Of a stretch of 64,000 nucleotides of DNA, positions 40,806 to 52,619 are shown one piece after another (the stretch's first letter is position 1; every line of letters begins with the position of its first letter). The DNA is taken from the NCBI GenBank assembly GCA_051362555.1, contig CM120647.1, positions 3,844,001 to 3,908,000 of the forward strand, given 5' to 3'. Made by a program: the position numbers and the translations under genes. The DNA comes from Lingula anatina. Taxonomy: Eukaryota; Animalia; Brachiopoda. A model generated the notes under the pieces. The model did not search any database and was not told where the DNA came from. It saw only the letters and a list, made by a program, of their open reading frames with translations.

Positions 40806-43697
40806 AATGGACAAACAACTGTTTAGTCTTTTTTTGTAAACACATCTGTGTAATGCAATGAAAATATACATGTTAGCAGTGAACAAGTATGAGTGTTGTG
40901 CGCACGTGGGTATGTATGCGTGTATAATAGGAATATATATATATATTGTGTTTATTTATTTACTTATTTTTCCAATAATATTACGATAAAAAATTCCTTA
41001 AATTATTGTATGGCACAACAGGCCATATGTGGATTCGCTTGACGGTGCAGGTAAACAGATATGGCGCATACCCTTAGTTAAAGAGCTTTGAATGTATAGC
41101 TTCTGGGCCATGGAGCCTATCCAAGCCAAAACCAAATGTTCAACGTTGATTGTATATCAAATTTTATCATATGAAGCTAGGCATTTAACAAACCGTATAT
41201 TCAAGTATTCGAATTATATCTCTTATATAACTATGATGTTATATAATTACGATTTGAAATAAAAAGCTGACAGAATAAGACTTTCTTTTGATATGATATA
41301 TGATGTTTTGTGAATATTTAGCTTGGTCAATAAAGAAGCTATATCCCTTCCCCCTCCCAGTACCCATACTTATTTAAACCTGTAAGCTTGGAAAATCGGT
41401 AGTCTGGCTCGGGAGATGAAACGTCACCTTCACATCTGGTTTCTATCAAGCTTGTTCAGAGCTTGGACAAACATATAGGCCCGGAAATCGGGAGATGGGG
41501 GAATGTAAACATTTTGAAAGGAACATGTCTTCGCAATATGGAAATTTCAAACAAAAATAAATGGCTGATACCAAGTCCTACAACGACCATTTAAAAAAGC
41601 GATATTTTACATCTCACAAGTGTAGAGTAACAAAGCTGTGAAACACTGCTTCACTCAGTTTACGCACAGCAAGACTGTACACTCGTATGCAAAATTAAAA
41701 ATTCTTCTATGCACGCGATGCCGAAATATGGAGTTTTTGGAAAGAACCATGCTTTGTTAAAGATCGCCAAAGATATGACCAGCCCTATATAAAGAGCACT
41801 ACCAAATTAAATCATTTCGTATTGCAAAATGCAGCAAAGCTTCAGAAATGGTGGTCAGGTAATTAGTAGCGACACACTTGACTTCACACCTCTTCATCCA
41901 CATATCTTTTATGAGATGTGCTTTTAAAAAAATGCATTTTTCATATGCATACCTTTGAAGATGAAATATATCATATTTGATGTCAATTAAGTAACTTTAT
42001 TATAAGTTCATGATGTGCGTAGCTAAACAATCGAATTTTTTTCAAACTATTAATCAAAGTTTGTAAAACATTGCTTGTTTTATTCTTAGAAAGGAAATGA
42101 AGTGTTCCTGATTTTCAAATCAAGTACTTTCATCAAAGGTTCGTAATCGCCATACCAGGGGAGTCTTTCAATCCACGGTCTCATCCAGTTTTTTCCAGTT
42201 TTTTACTAGAATTTTTTGTCTTCCGAGAGGGGAATTTATGAGAAAGCAGCTACCGTCAAATGTTTGCAACATATATATTATGTGCAACCTTGCTGCTGCC
42301 AGTTGGCAAGCAATTGCTACAGTCCTGAAACCGGATTTGAATAACCAAGTGTTTACTGACAGGTTGTTTATCGCTACGCTAACGGTGTGTGACTGGTAAC
42401 CTACAGTGGTTGTAATAATTTTCATTCCGTTGTATACCGGTTTAACAACGTTTGAAATGTTTTAATCCCTATCTTGTGAATAGAAGGGGGTTGCCAAACA
42501 ATGGAGAGCCGCATAAATCCCTTCAAAATTCGAACGCACAAACACAATAACTTAGGTGGAATAACACAATACTTAAGACGAGAGAACCCCATGACGCCGG
42601 TTTCTGTGGTCCAACCCAAGGGCGACAATCCGCTGTAACTAGGTGTAATTAACAGCAGGATACATCAACCAGAAGGTCCCCATTGTTTGTTGCGGCGATA
42701 GGATTATAGCTTTAAGAGGCTGGAACCCATGCTAACGCATGCCACGCGTAGCGAACTGTCCTTTTGTTCAATAGTTTGGTTCAATAGCTGATTATGTTTT
42801 TAGTGCTGCTAACAAACTGCTAGTTAAATGTATTATCAGTTATTTCATCCAATATGAATTTTTTGGCAGTCACAAATTGAACTAAGTATTGTTTGTTTGA
42901 TTAACATGCATGAGCGTCAGCATCAATCTGTCTAAAAAATCTTATTGCATTAACTTATAAATGGTATAATTTATTTATAAACGTACTGCATTCAAGTATT
43001 TATAAAACATAAATGATAATGAAAGAGGAATAAGGAAAGAATATATTACTTATACTACACTAATATTATAATATTGAAATTAAATTAGCTGCATTGACAG
43101 AGGCGCAAGGATAATCCAACCCAAACGCGCAACAGGGGGATGTCTGACTGTGTGACCATACAATATGTGAAAGTACGGTCAATTTACAGTGTAAATCATC
43201 AGTTACAGAGGAAGGGGTCTTATTATAGCTCGCTATATATTGTTAAACGCGACTGTTATTATCTCTCGAACAAGCTTAAACCATGCCTTTACAATTACTG
43301 TGTCTCCGGCTGCCGTGCAGAAACGCTATGTCGAACGTAATTTGCTTCATGTACAGTTACAAACAAGGTACACTAACGACTTGTTTTAGATCACTCAAGA
43401 AAGAATGTGTACATGCGACACCTGAGGAAAAACAACCAAGTATGCAACTGATCTATTAATTGTAATTGCGCAGTGCATGTAAATAGATCTTTGTCCTAAC
43501 TCAGTAGTTAGGAGTAGGATGTTTGGATAAAAAGCTTCTATTCAGCTCGGTTAGAGCTAGGGCGTGATGCTACTATCATCCGATGAAACACCTACACTGA
43601 ACCCTCTACCTGAACCTGAATTCCCCCTAACTGAAACAAAAACTGCCCCTTGAACATGTCCTTTTTGAATCGTCATAGATTTGTGATTCCATTGAAC

Positions 43698-46600
43698 TAG
43701 ACTAGACGCTGATCCTGAAAAGAGGCTTATAAAGTAACTTTTACTTCCTTGGCAATCTATACTCGGTTTGACACTGGGTTATGATAGACCAATGTTTATT
43801 TTAGGGTGCTCGTCCTATAAAACTATTGGGCCGTGACATTAACAGAGGGCGCCAAAGTCAGCGAAAGGTGCGAAAAATGGACATTTTAGCCTTGTTATCA
43901 ATATTTGGTTGGTAATTACGTAATTTTAGAAGTGAATTGAATCCCAAAAATCTCTGAATCAATCAACAATATTACTTTCAATAAGATAACGGATTTTGAA
44001 GGTTTAAGAACAAATAATCTTTTCAAAATCTTAATTGAAACATAGTCTACTTTTCTGTGCTATTGCAGCAAATTTACTATGTTGGTGGTCTTTGGGCGAT
44101 CATATTTCTTTATATATTGCACTGAGAGTAATACAATTTTCCCTGTCCATTAAAAGTTATATTTCTATCTGTCTTATGAAGTTACACTTGTATTACTTCA
44201 ATATATGCCGTAATGCTACAGTTCAAACATTTCAAATAACAATTCTGGACCATCAAACCACATTTTTTTCTTTTACAAAAACTAGCTTAAAATATGTTTA
44301 TTTCATACGTAAAGGCGTCGAGGTGCAGGCTAAATGATAAACTGCATATTTATAATAACCAAATTTGCCATTTCTATCAAGACATATTTCTCGTATTAGG
44401 TCATACTTGTGAAACTAATAAATGTCATTATGCTAGCTGCATGGCAACATTTTAACACGTGAGTTGAAAGCAGGTATTATGGTTTTTTAAAGTACTTTTT
44501 GATTTATGCAGTGCGTAACTGTTCCATGAAACCATTAACAACATGAATATATATATATCATTTAAGTCATTACAATATTTAAAAAATATCATTTTTTCAT
44601 CTTTATGGATATCTTCATTACTGTCTGATACCTCTCATGTAAGATACACATGAACATTCGGACATTCTATTGGTTAGGTCCATACTGTAGTCTTTGATAA
44701 ATAATTGGGAAGCAACATGTTTTGTTCTGTGTCCATCAATTGATTCCTCGATAATATCACTGCTATCTGCTGCGGCTTGCACAAGAACATTCGGCATCAT
44801 GTCATATGACTATCCAACTCCATCCCTTTGGTTTCGGCAATGACCTCTTAAGAAAGTCTAGTTATTATAACCTTTATAAAGTCATACAGTGTAAGTGATG
44901 CAATGCAAAAGTTGATTCAGTATTTTTATTTATTTATTTATTTATATTTTTGGAAATGGCCATACGGATCACCGTCATGACTGCAATATATCTGCCTCGG
45001 TACTCTCTGACCACAGGGTCCACTGGTGATCTGCTACACATTATTATTGTATTCCTCAATTTTGTATACTATTTTAGAGGGCCCTGTGATACTAGGGGGT
45101 ATATCGCGCGTAACAGCTTGACTCATATGTTGTGCGATTGAAAATATAGGGCGTACGTACCACTGCTTCACCAGACCGCGTTTTACGAGATTTTTTTTCG
45201 GCAACAAGAATAGATAAATGGGCGGATGAAAGCAGTCTTTTGTCTTCTGGAAGACGGTCAAAAACTTACAGTTAAAGGTTTACATTGACGGGTATATATT
45301 TTTTCTGTCGGAAGATGGTCACAAATGGAAGATGGATCAACAAAAATAATTCGGAAGACTCTAGGGGTTGTCAGTCTTACAACGAGCTAACGTTTACAAC
45401 AAGGATTATGCAAAATGCCAAGTCGAAAGCTTTCTCTGAATCTAATTCAAGAGCAATGTCAAAACTAGCCACTTACATACACTTTATTGCCATTTCCAAA
45501 CGTTTCAATGTGCTTTTCTACACTTTTCTGTGCATAGCATTACATTGACTCCTACATTTCGTAGTTAGCCTGAGCAACAGTTAGATATCTGTTCTGTAAT
45601 AAACAATAAAATAGACGCGCTATTTTATGCCCCAGCTTTATCAAGAATGATTTGGGACCTGTTCATTGTACTAATAAGTAGATTAAGTATAGTGTAAGCC
45701 TTTTTGCCAATATACATTTTGTCTTTTGCACAATGGCAAATCAATAGATTAAATTTAATATCTTGAAGTACATGTTGCGACAGATTTAGACGCACTAGTC
45801 TCAGTGGTCTGAACAACGGTGGGTGAGGTAGAGGCATGTGTGAGATTACCTTCACTCTTGTAAGATTAGATCCACTGTCCGATTCAAATTCCCGGCCTTG
45901 TAACATGACGTTAAGGTGTACTAACTTCTCACAAATATACACTGCCATGTACTGATTGATATATTTCCATTTTTTGTGACGAAGGCTTTAAAATTAAATA
46001 TAATATTTTTTTGTATAATTATTCATGTATACAAATGAATATATCGGAGAAGTAATAAGCCGTGTAGGGATCTTGTATCCCGTTAGAACGGTAAGGGCTT
46101 TTTCTATGAATTAAATCTTAACTGTTTTGTTACATGCTTGTACAAGTTATCTCACCTAATAGACTATACAAATTGATGTTGATAATATTTCAATAACCTG
46201 TTTTAAAAACCAATTTATCAATAGAAAATACACGTGTAATGGGTATCATATAGGCCTATATTAGCGGATAGATGCGCGTCGCGCAAGATGACAAATAGAT
46301 ACGTTACCTGGTTTTATTTTATATTTTCATATCTCTACAAATATTTAATCATCATTTAGCCTGCACTTCGGTACTTAATGTGTGAAATAAATATATTTAA
46401 GCTAGTTTTTGTAACTGAAAAAAAAAGTGTTGCTTGATGGTCTAGAATTTTTATTTACGATATTTGATGGGCAGCATAACGGCATTTATTGGAGTAATAT
46501 AAATGTGACTTCATATGACAGATAGTAATATATCTTTAAGTGGACAGGGAAAATTGTAATATATTCAGTGCAATATAAAGAGATATATGATCGCCCAAAG

Positions 46601-46990
46601 ACCACCACCATAGTAAATTTGTCACAATCGTATAGAAAAGTAGACTATGTTTCAATTATAATAATGAAGAGAATGTTTGTTCCTTAGCCTTCAAAACAAT
46701 TTATCTTATTGAAAATAATATTGTTGATTGATTCAGAGATTTTGGGGATTTAAGTCACTTGGAACATTGCGTAATTACCGGTCAAATATTGACAACAATG
46801 CTAAAATGTCCATTTTTCTCACCTTTCTCTGACTATGGCGCCCTCTATCAGTGTCACGGCCCATTGGTTTTATAGGACGACCACCCTGAAATAAACTGTC
46901 ATACATTTGTCCATTATAATCCAGTGTCAAACCGAGTATAGATCACCGAGGAAATAAAAACTGTTTTTCTGGCCCGTAGCGTCTAGCCTA
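43698..46990. mobile_element. Non-autonomous Academ-like foldback element with several-hundred-bp TIRs
   Basis: Termini TAGACTAGACGCT...AGCGTCTAGCCTA, 3-bp TSD aac, and arms 43740-44150 versus 46540-46960 inverted. Confidence 0.78.
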
Positions 46991-47332
46991 AACGTCTTTG
47001 ATCGAGACCTCCCAAGTGACAATAACCGAGGCGTGTGTTGACTATAATGCGTGCTGAACGACAGACAACTTATAAATATTATCTGTGCTACAGGTATATA
47101 GCTTGAGGATGGTCTGTAACAGGTTGCAGACACCGTAAAACAACATTGTTGCAACTGGTTTGCGACTGCTTGCAAATCAAAAGTGGACATAGCTTCTTAA
47201 TTATCGCGCAAAGTGATCGCAAGAGATCGCCAGGTTTTGTGGTTGCCAAAAGGTTGCAAGCGCAGTGTGACCCAGGCTTGAGATTTTATAGTTGCACTAA
47301 TTATAGTTTTCGGTAAAAAAAGGCAATTGTAC

Positions 47333-47393
47333 CTGACTCTCCCCGCCTTCCGCCCCTTCTGGACAGGCCGGACAACGACGACCGCCGCCGGAT
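47333..47393 (-). CDS. Exon: RING 2 final CxxC (RSGGGRRCPACPEGAEGGESQ)
   Basis: 61-nt paralogue of exon 51640-51700 with the same splice phases. Confidence 0.87.
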
Positions 47394-47568
47394 CTGAAAC
47401 AATCGACAGGTTATTAGACTGGGTGTCGGAGTGAGGGGAGGTTAGGCATGCTTACTGATTAACACCCTTCTATACGAACGAAATTTAGAACAAAGACAAC
47501 AAAATTTAAATAGACCCATAAACAGACACAGAAACAGAAAGGACGACATTAGTAAATTTGAACCCTTA

Positions 47569-48060
47569 TACCCCCTTTACACTGGACGGCGTCCTTTCTG
47601 CGTCCTCTCTGCGACCATGAAATTTGGCACTGCTGTGGTCTTAATAAGAAGACACGAGCATTGATTTTGTATCAGAATGAATGCTCAATGATCGGCCAGT
47701 TGTCGGCACGAAAAATATTATAATTTTTTAACTCTCAAATGGGGCCGGACTGCTGGACGCAGAGAGGACGCCGTCCAGTGTAAAGGGGGCTTAAATACAT
47801 ACACGTACACAATCTACTTGTAAGCAGACACAGCAAGGGCCCCTTTACACTGGACGGCGTCCTTTCTGCGTCCAGCAGTACGGACCCATTTGAGAGTTAA
47901 AAAAATTATAATACTTAACGTGTCGACAACTGGCCGATCATTGAGCATTCATTCTGATACAAAATCAATGCTCGTGTCTCCTTATTAAGACCACAGCGAT
48001 GCCAAATTTCATGGTCGCAGAAAGGACGCAGAAAGGACGCCGTCAAGTGTAAAGGGGGTA
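47569..48060. mobile_element. Two inverted copies of a roughly 220-bp PIF/Harbinger-like MITE
   Basis: TIR cccctttacactggacggcgtcct at both ends of each copy (47569-47790 and 47839-48060). The interiors are reverse complements of each other. Confidence 0.85.
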
Positions 48061-48100
48061 TAACTAACCGACAGTCAGAAATATTAATACTTTCTGTTAC

Positions 48101-48279
48101 CTGATGAAGTCATCTAGACACGATTTACAGTGTCTATGTCCACATGGAGCTTTCTCCGGATCTCGAAGCACTAACTTACAGGTTTCACACTTGAAACGTT
48201 CGTCATTGTTTTTTGGAAACTGTGAAAGACCAAAGTTCGTTGGCGGCGGAAATTTTTTCTTTATACTGTAATCTGCATC
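48101..48279 (-). CDS. Exon: TRAF-type RING 2 (duplicate), N-terminal part; absent from the ORF track
   Basis: TTCTCCAG|GATGCAGAT acceptor, ATCAG|GTAACA donor. Translation DADYSIKKKFPPPTNFGLSQFPKNNDERFKCETCKLVLRDPEKAPCGHRHCKSCLDDFI. Confidence 0.88.
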
Positions 48280-48977
48280 CTGGAGAAAAATGATAATATA
48301 AATGTACGTTGTATAAGGAGTTACACGGACGAATGATACACTATAATATGTAAAGTGCTCCTATTTCATTTATTCTAAAAGGAGTAACATGTACACAGGC
48401 GCATGATACATAGGTGCTCCTTTATAATTAAGATGAAAAGGGGGTTTTAATAGTATTTCAGCCGGAGAGAGATAGAGACAGAGAGAGAGGGAAAGTGTTC
48501 CCGGTTTTCAAAATAAAACGAAAGTTTTTTTATGATTAAGTCATATATTATCATCACTTATTATTTTTAAAACGGCAAACAGGCATGTGTTTTTGTCGAT
48601 TATGATTATATGTTTTTAATTGCAATAGGAAAAAGTCAAGTACATAATAAACTTGACAAGCACACAATACTCATTACAATAGCAGAGTCCACAAGATTTT
48701 AACATTAAAAAATTACAGTCAACTTGTATACATGCAACTACACGAATCCATATATACTCATTCATTTCTGCCAAATAACATTGAAATTTTCTACATCTTG
48801 AGATACAAAATAAATATTGATATCTTCGCCGCTAGTTTGCATTTTCTGTCCCAGAGTGCACCAGTGCAAAAATGATCAGGCTTCACTGAGTTGAATAAAA
48901 AAAATCATTTAAATAAATAAATAAATAAATCACATATTTGTATAACTTTAACCTTCGGGTTGCAATATTCCAATAAA

Positions 48978-49025
<48 letters not shown>

Positions 49026-50203
49026 GGTATCTGGAATGAAAATCGCCATTTATAACAAGTTCCATCTGTGATGTGATCATTCATAAATAAAAGCACGTGA
49101 TACTGGGGTTGGGACAACCTTTTAGACCAATGTTGTATAGTCAAATTGAAAACTAACACATTGTATACACATTTAATAAGAAATGATTTTTCTAAATCAT
49201 TTTTCTTCCATTTTATCCTTTTTCTGACTGATTATTGAAAATAGGGATTGAACTTATGTTTTAATGATATGTTTGATGCCATTGTGACATCAGTTTTATG
49301 TATAATTGAATTCGCCAATGAATCAAACAAAAATAGATATCTTGGATCTCTATATTCCGACACAATTACAGAGTAGCAATGTTGTAAAAAAACTGCTTCA
49401 CTCAGTTTACGCACAGCATGCATGCGATGCCGAAATATGGAGTTTTTGGAAATACCATGCTTTGTTAAAGATCGTCAAAGATATGACCAGATGAAAAGGC
49501 AAACAGATATTTTATGAATATTTTCAGGAGGATGGGTAAGTGGGTAGTAGTCTAACAATTTAAAGTGACAGATAATCAAATGGATACCTAATATATAATC
49601 GAGAGAATCTGTTAACCCCACCACTCCCAAGTGATGCACCTTGATTCAAGGCTTACTTAAGTCTTGGGGGAGTAACGAAGTAATTATAATGTAATACTTT
49701 TAAAAAATCAACAAAAGGTTACATAAGAGTGAGATCATCTGTTTACCCTACCTTTACCTGGAGAAATACTTTGATCAATTAATTAAAATCTCTGTACTTC
49801 CATTTGTAGAATTTTCTGAACTCGTACTCCATGAAAATAATTTTTTAACATGAAATTAGCATACAGTATTAATAAAGTATATAAAAACTAAGATTTTAAC
49901 TCTTTTCTTTATATTTGTACATTAATTTAATTTCTTTGGGGAGTTGTCGAGGGGGGGGGGGGGGAGGGGGGGAGGGGGGGAGGGGATTGTCCTGGGGGGG
50001 AATTGTCCGGGGGGAAATTGTCCTGATATCCATGGCATGCTACTTGCATCATATGAAGATCAAATTTTTGATGTCACTCTTTTCATTAATTAATTTAGGA
50101 TTACATATTAAAGCGGTGTGTGTGTGTGTGTGTGTGTGTGAGCGTGTGTGTACGCAACACCCCGTTGATTCCTTCGTGCTCGCACAATACCATTTCAACT
50201 TAC

Positions 50204-50557
50204 TTTTGAATTTCTATCAATCCTTGCAAAGTCTTGTAAATCTTTAATCTGCCAATCTGGAGTAGTGCCGTGTATGCCATATGAGCACAAATAGTTCGTT
50301 TTCGGATGATCTGCAACATGGGTCTCGTTGTAAACACCATCCAATATTGAAGTTGTGGCTCGTTCAGCAGCTCTGGTCAGTTCTTTCTCTTCTTGCATTA
50401 AATATTCAGGTACTGCCGATTGCTTTTGACTATCTGACTGTTTCAAAGTTCCTGTGAAAAGTCTTTGTTCACCACTCTCTGTGTCTCTGTCCGAACGCGC
50501 TCTGAGCTCTGACTCAGGAATAGTGGATTGTCTTAATGGACATGACTTCTCATGATT
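50204..50557 (-). CDS. Exon: end of TRAF zinc finger (HEKSCP) plus linker
   Basis: TTTTACAG|AATCATGAG acceptor, AAA|GTAAGT donor, 354 nt, open frame. HxxxCP completes the zinc finger. Confidence 0.85.
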
Positions 50558-50975
50558 CTGTAAAATATTTAGCGGAATATACAATCAACAGATTTTACAG
50601 AGAAAATTTGTTTGTGTTATAGTCAATCTTGGTGAATATACGGTTCGATCCCGCCGAACATGTCCTAAAACTGATCATGTTTTGCTTAACATTTCAATTA
50701 AATTTCATTTAAATCCATAGTTGCAAAACTATTAACCTAATAGTTAATTTGGAATTCTCTACAGACTGTGAGATGAAGACTGACTAATGGTTAAAGCAAG
50801 ACAAATAAAGAATCTACAATTGAGTCAAAGTGATTATAGGTCACGAGGAGCGCTACAAATGAACCATCTTTAGTGGAGTGTGTGTGGGGGGGTCAGAACG
50901 TGTAGAAGTTCGCTTAAAAGCGCTATACCATATGTTAAAATCAAAATCCTTAGCTATAAGAATTAAGACACAAAC

Positions 50976-51077
50976 CTCCTGGTAGTCACGCAAACATCCC
51001 CTCCATCCACAGCCATCTTGGTCACAGACTACCCTCAGTGTATGAATTTCTTTTCTCATTCCTTTATCCGGAAATAC
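50976..51077 (-). CDS. Exon: TRAF RING-to-zinc-finger linker and zinc finger 1 start
   Basis: VFPDKGMRKEIHTLRVVCDQDGCGWRGCLRDYQE resembles the TRAF motif VFPDxxxxREIxxLxVxCxxxGCxWxG. 102 nt, phase 0-0. Confidence 0.9.
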
Positions 51078-51471
51078 CTGAAACAGTTGAAACATATTTT
51101 CAAAAAGAAGGGTGTAATGCATACAAACTGCATGGGTATATCAATGCGGTGAATACCCACTACTAGAATTTACCCCACGTTTGTTTGCAGTAATACGGAT
51201 TCGACTCGGTGAACGCTGTAATAAATTAGTATTGCATAAGCCGACATGACGTAACGAATTTTATGTTCAGTGATCAAAATACCCTCTCCTAGAGGTTTCA
51301 CTTGTGCTGGCATAAATATTGAAATAATTTTTGATCATTTTATGTGGCAAAGCGTGCTTTTAGAGGTCAGCTTGGAAACGCACTGGTGGTCACTACGAAC
51401 TTTTTCCAACTCAAAATAATGCTAGTATTTATGAGATCAATTTCCATGCTTCCTTTGCAGAAAAAAAAAGA

Positions 51472-51527
<56 letters not shown>

Positions 51528-51639
51528 GATAAATAAAATAAAAAAGATAAAATATACAATAATAATCATAACCCGCTGCTAGGTATAAAATGCATATTTG
51601 GTATAATAGCGTGCAGTAAAAAAAAAATAATAACTGTAC

Positions 51640-51700
51640 CTGACGTTCATCACCTCCTGCGCCTTCCGGACAGGCCGGACAAATTCGACCACTGCTGGAT
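51640..51700 (-). CDS. Exon: RING 1 final CxxC (RSSSGRICPACPEGAGGDERQ)
   Basis: 61-nt exon TTTCAG|ATCC...CGTCAG|GTACAG, phase 2 to 0. It supplies the last Cys pair of the RING. Confidence 0.88.
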
Positions 51701-51979
51701 CTGAAACAATAGACAGATCACCAGAAAAAAGGGCAGACAGTAGGAGTGAGGAGGGTTTGACCTTCTTACTCACAATGACACCCTATACACACGACAGACT
51801 GACAAGCTGACTAACTCAGTGACCCAAAGACCGATAGACAGACGTAGTGACAAAAAATGTCGACATGCATAAATGTAAAGACGAATATGAATATACATAC
51901 ACAAAGGCCAATAAGTTGTATGCAGACACATTGACTGACAGACAGACAGACAGACAGGCTTAAAAATACTTCCTGTTAC

Positions 51980-52188
51980 CTGATGAAATCATCTAGACAC
52001 GTCTTACAGTGCCTGTGCCCACAAGGAGCTTGCACCGCATCTCTCAACACCATCTTGCAAGTTTTACACTTGAAACGTCCGTCAATAGTGCATAGAAACA
52101 GTGCAAGAGCAAAGCCTCCTGCCTTGGGCTGTGTCGTCACGCCGTTTGACGGCTGCAAAGAAATGGACCATATACCTGCATCTGCGTC
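51980..52188 (-). CDS. Exon: TRAF-type RING 1, N-terminal part
   Basis: TTCTCAAG|GACGCAGAT acceptor, ATCAG|GTAACA donor. Translation DADAG...GGFALALFLCTIDGRFKCKTCKMVLRDAVQAPCGHRHCKTCLDDFI matches the TRAF2/3 RING pattern (CxxC...QxxCGHRxCxxC). Confidence 0.9.
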
Positions 52189-52619
52189 CTTGAGAAGAAA
52201 GGATAATAAACGCTGAATTAGAAGGACGAATGATTCATCTGAGGTCTCATTTTATTTACACCATGCAATAGACCCTACATTGTCATTTTTAAAGTAAATT
52301 ATAATTCAAACATATCATTAATAATCATAATCACTAGTTCTGTAATAAATAAATCTTGAATAATGAATGAAAAAACATTGTTTTTTAGATGATAGAGAGT
52401 TCATTATAACAAAATTATAAACTAGAGGATCAGAGAGGCGATACCGCCTCCGAATATTGTACCACCAGCTGGAGCAAGCGCATTTGTATAGACCCCCACA
52501 TACACAAAATAAGGGACACAGCCACCAGTCTTTTGCTTGACAAGCTGTAAAAATGCAATCAACAAGAATTTTCAAAATATACAAAAAATATATATATAAC
52601 TTAAAATGGTACAATCAAA

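Larger units (their letters stand above)
11295..52188 (-). other. Reconstructed multi-exon gene: TRAF-type RING, zinc finger, RING, CARD-like, ZU5, UPA, Q-rich, death-like, CARD (14 coding exons found, start exon unresolved)
   Basis: Manual splicing of the exons listed below: all introns are GT-AG with matching phases, giving 3393 nt with no internal stop. The junction across the 18-kb intron (47333 to 29096) is phase-compatible but not proven. Confidence 0.7.

Noticed and set aside
42289-42324. Possible 36-nt phase-0 microexon (DCSNCLPTGSSK) in the 18-kb intron
   Set aside because: The donor is weak (GTTGCA) and there is no homology support, so it needs RNA data.
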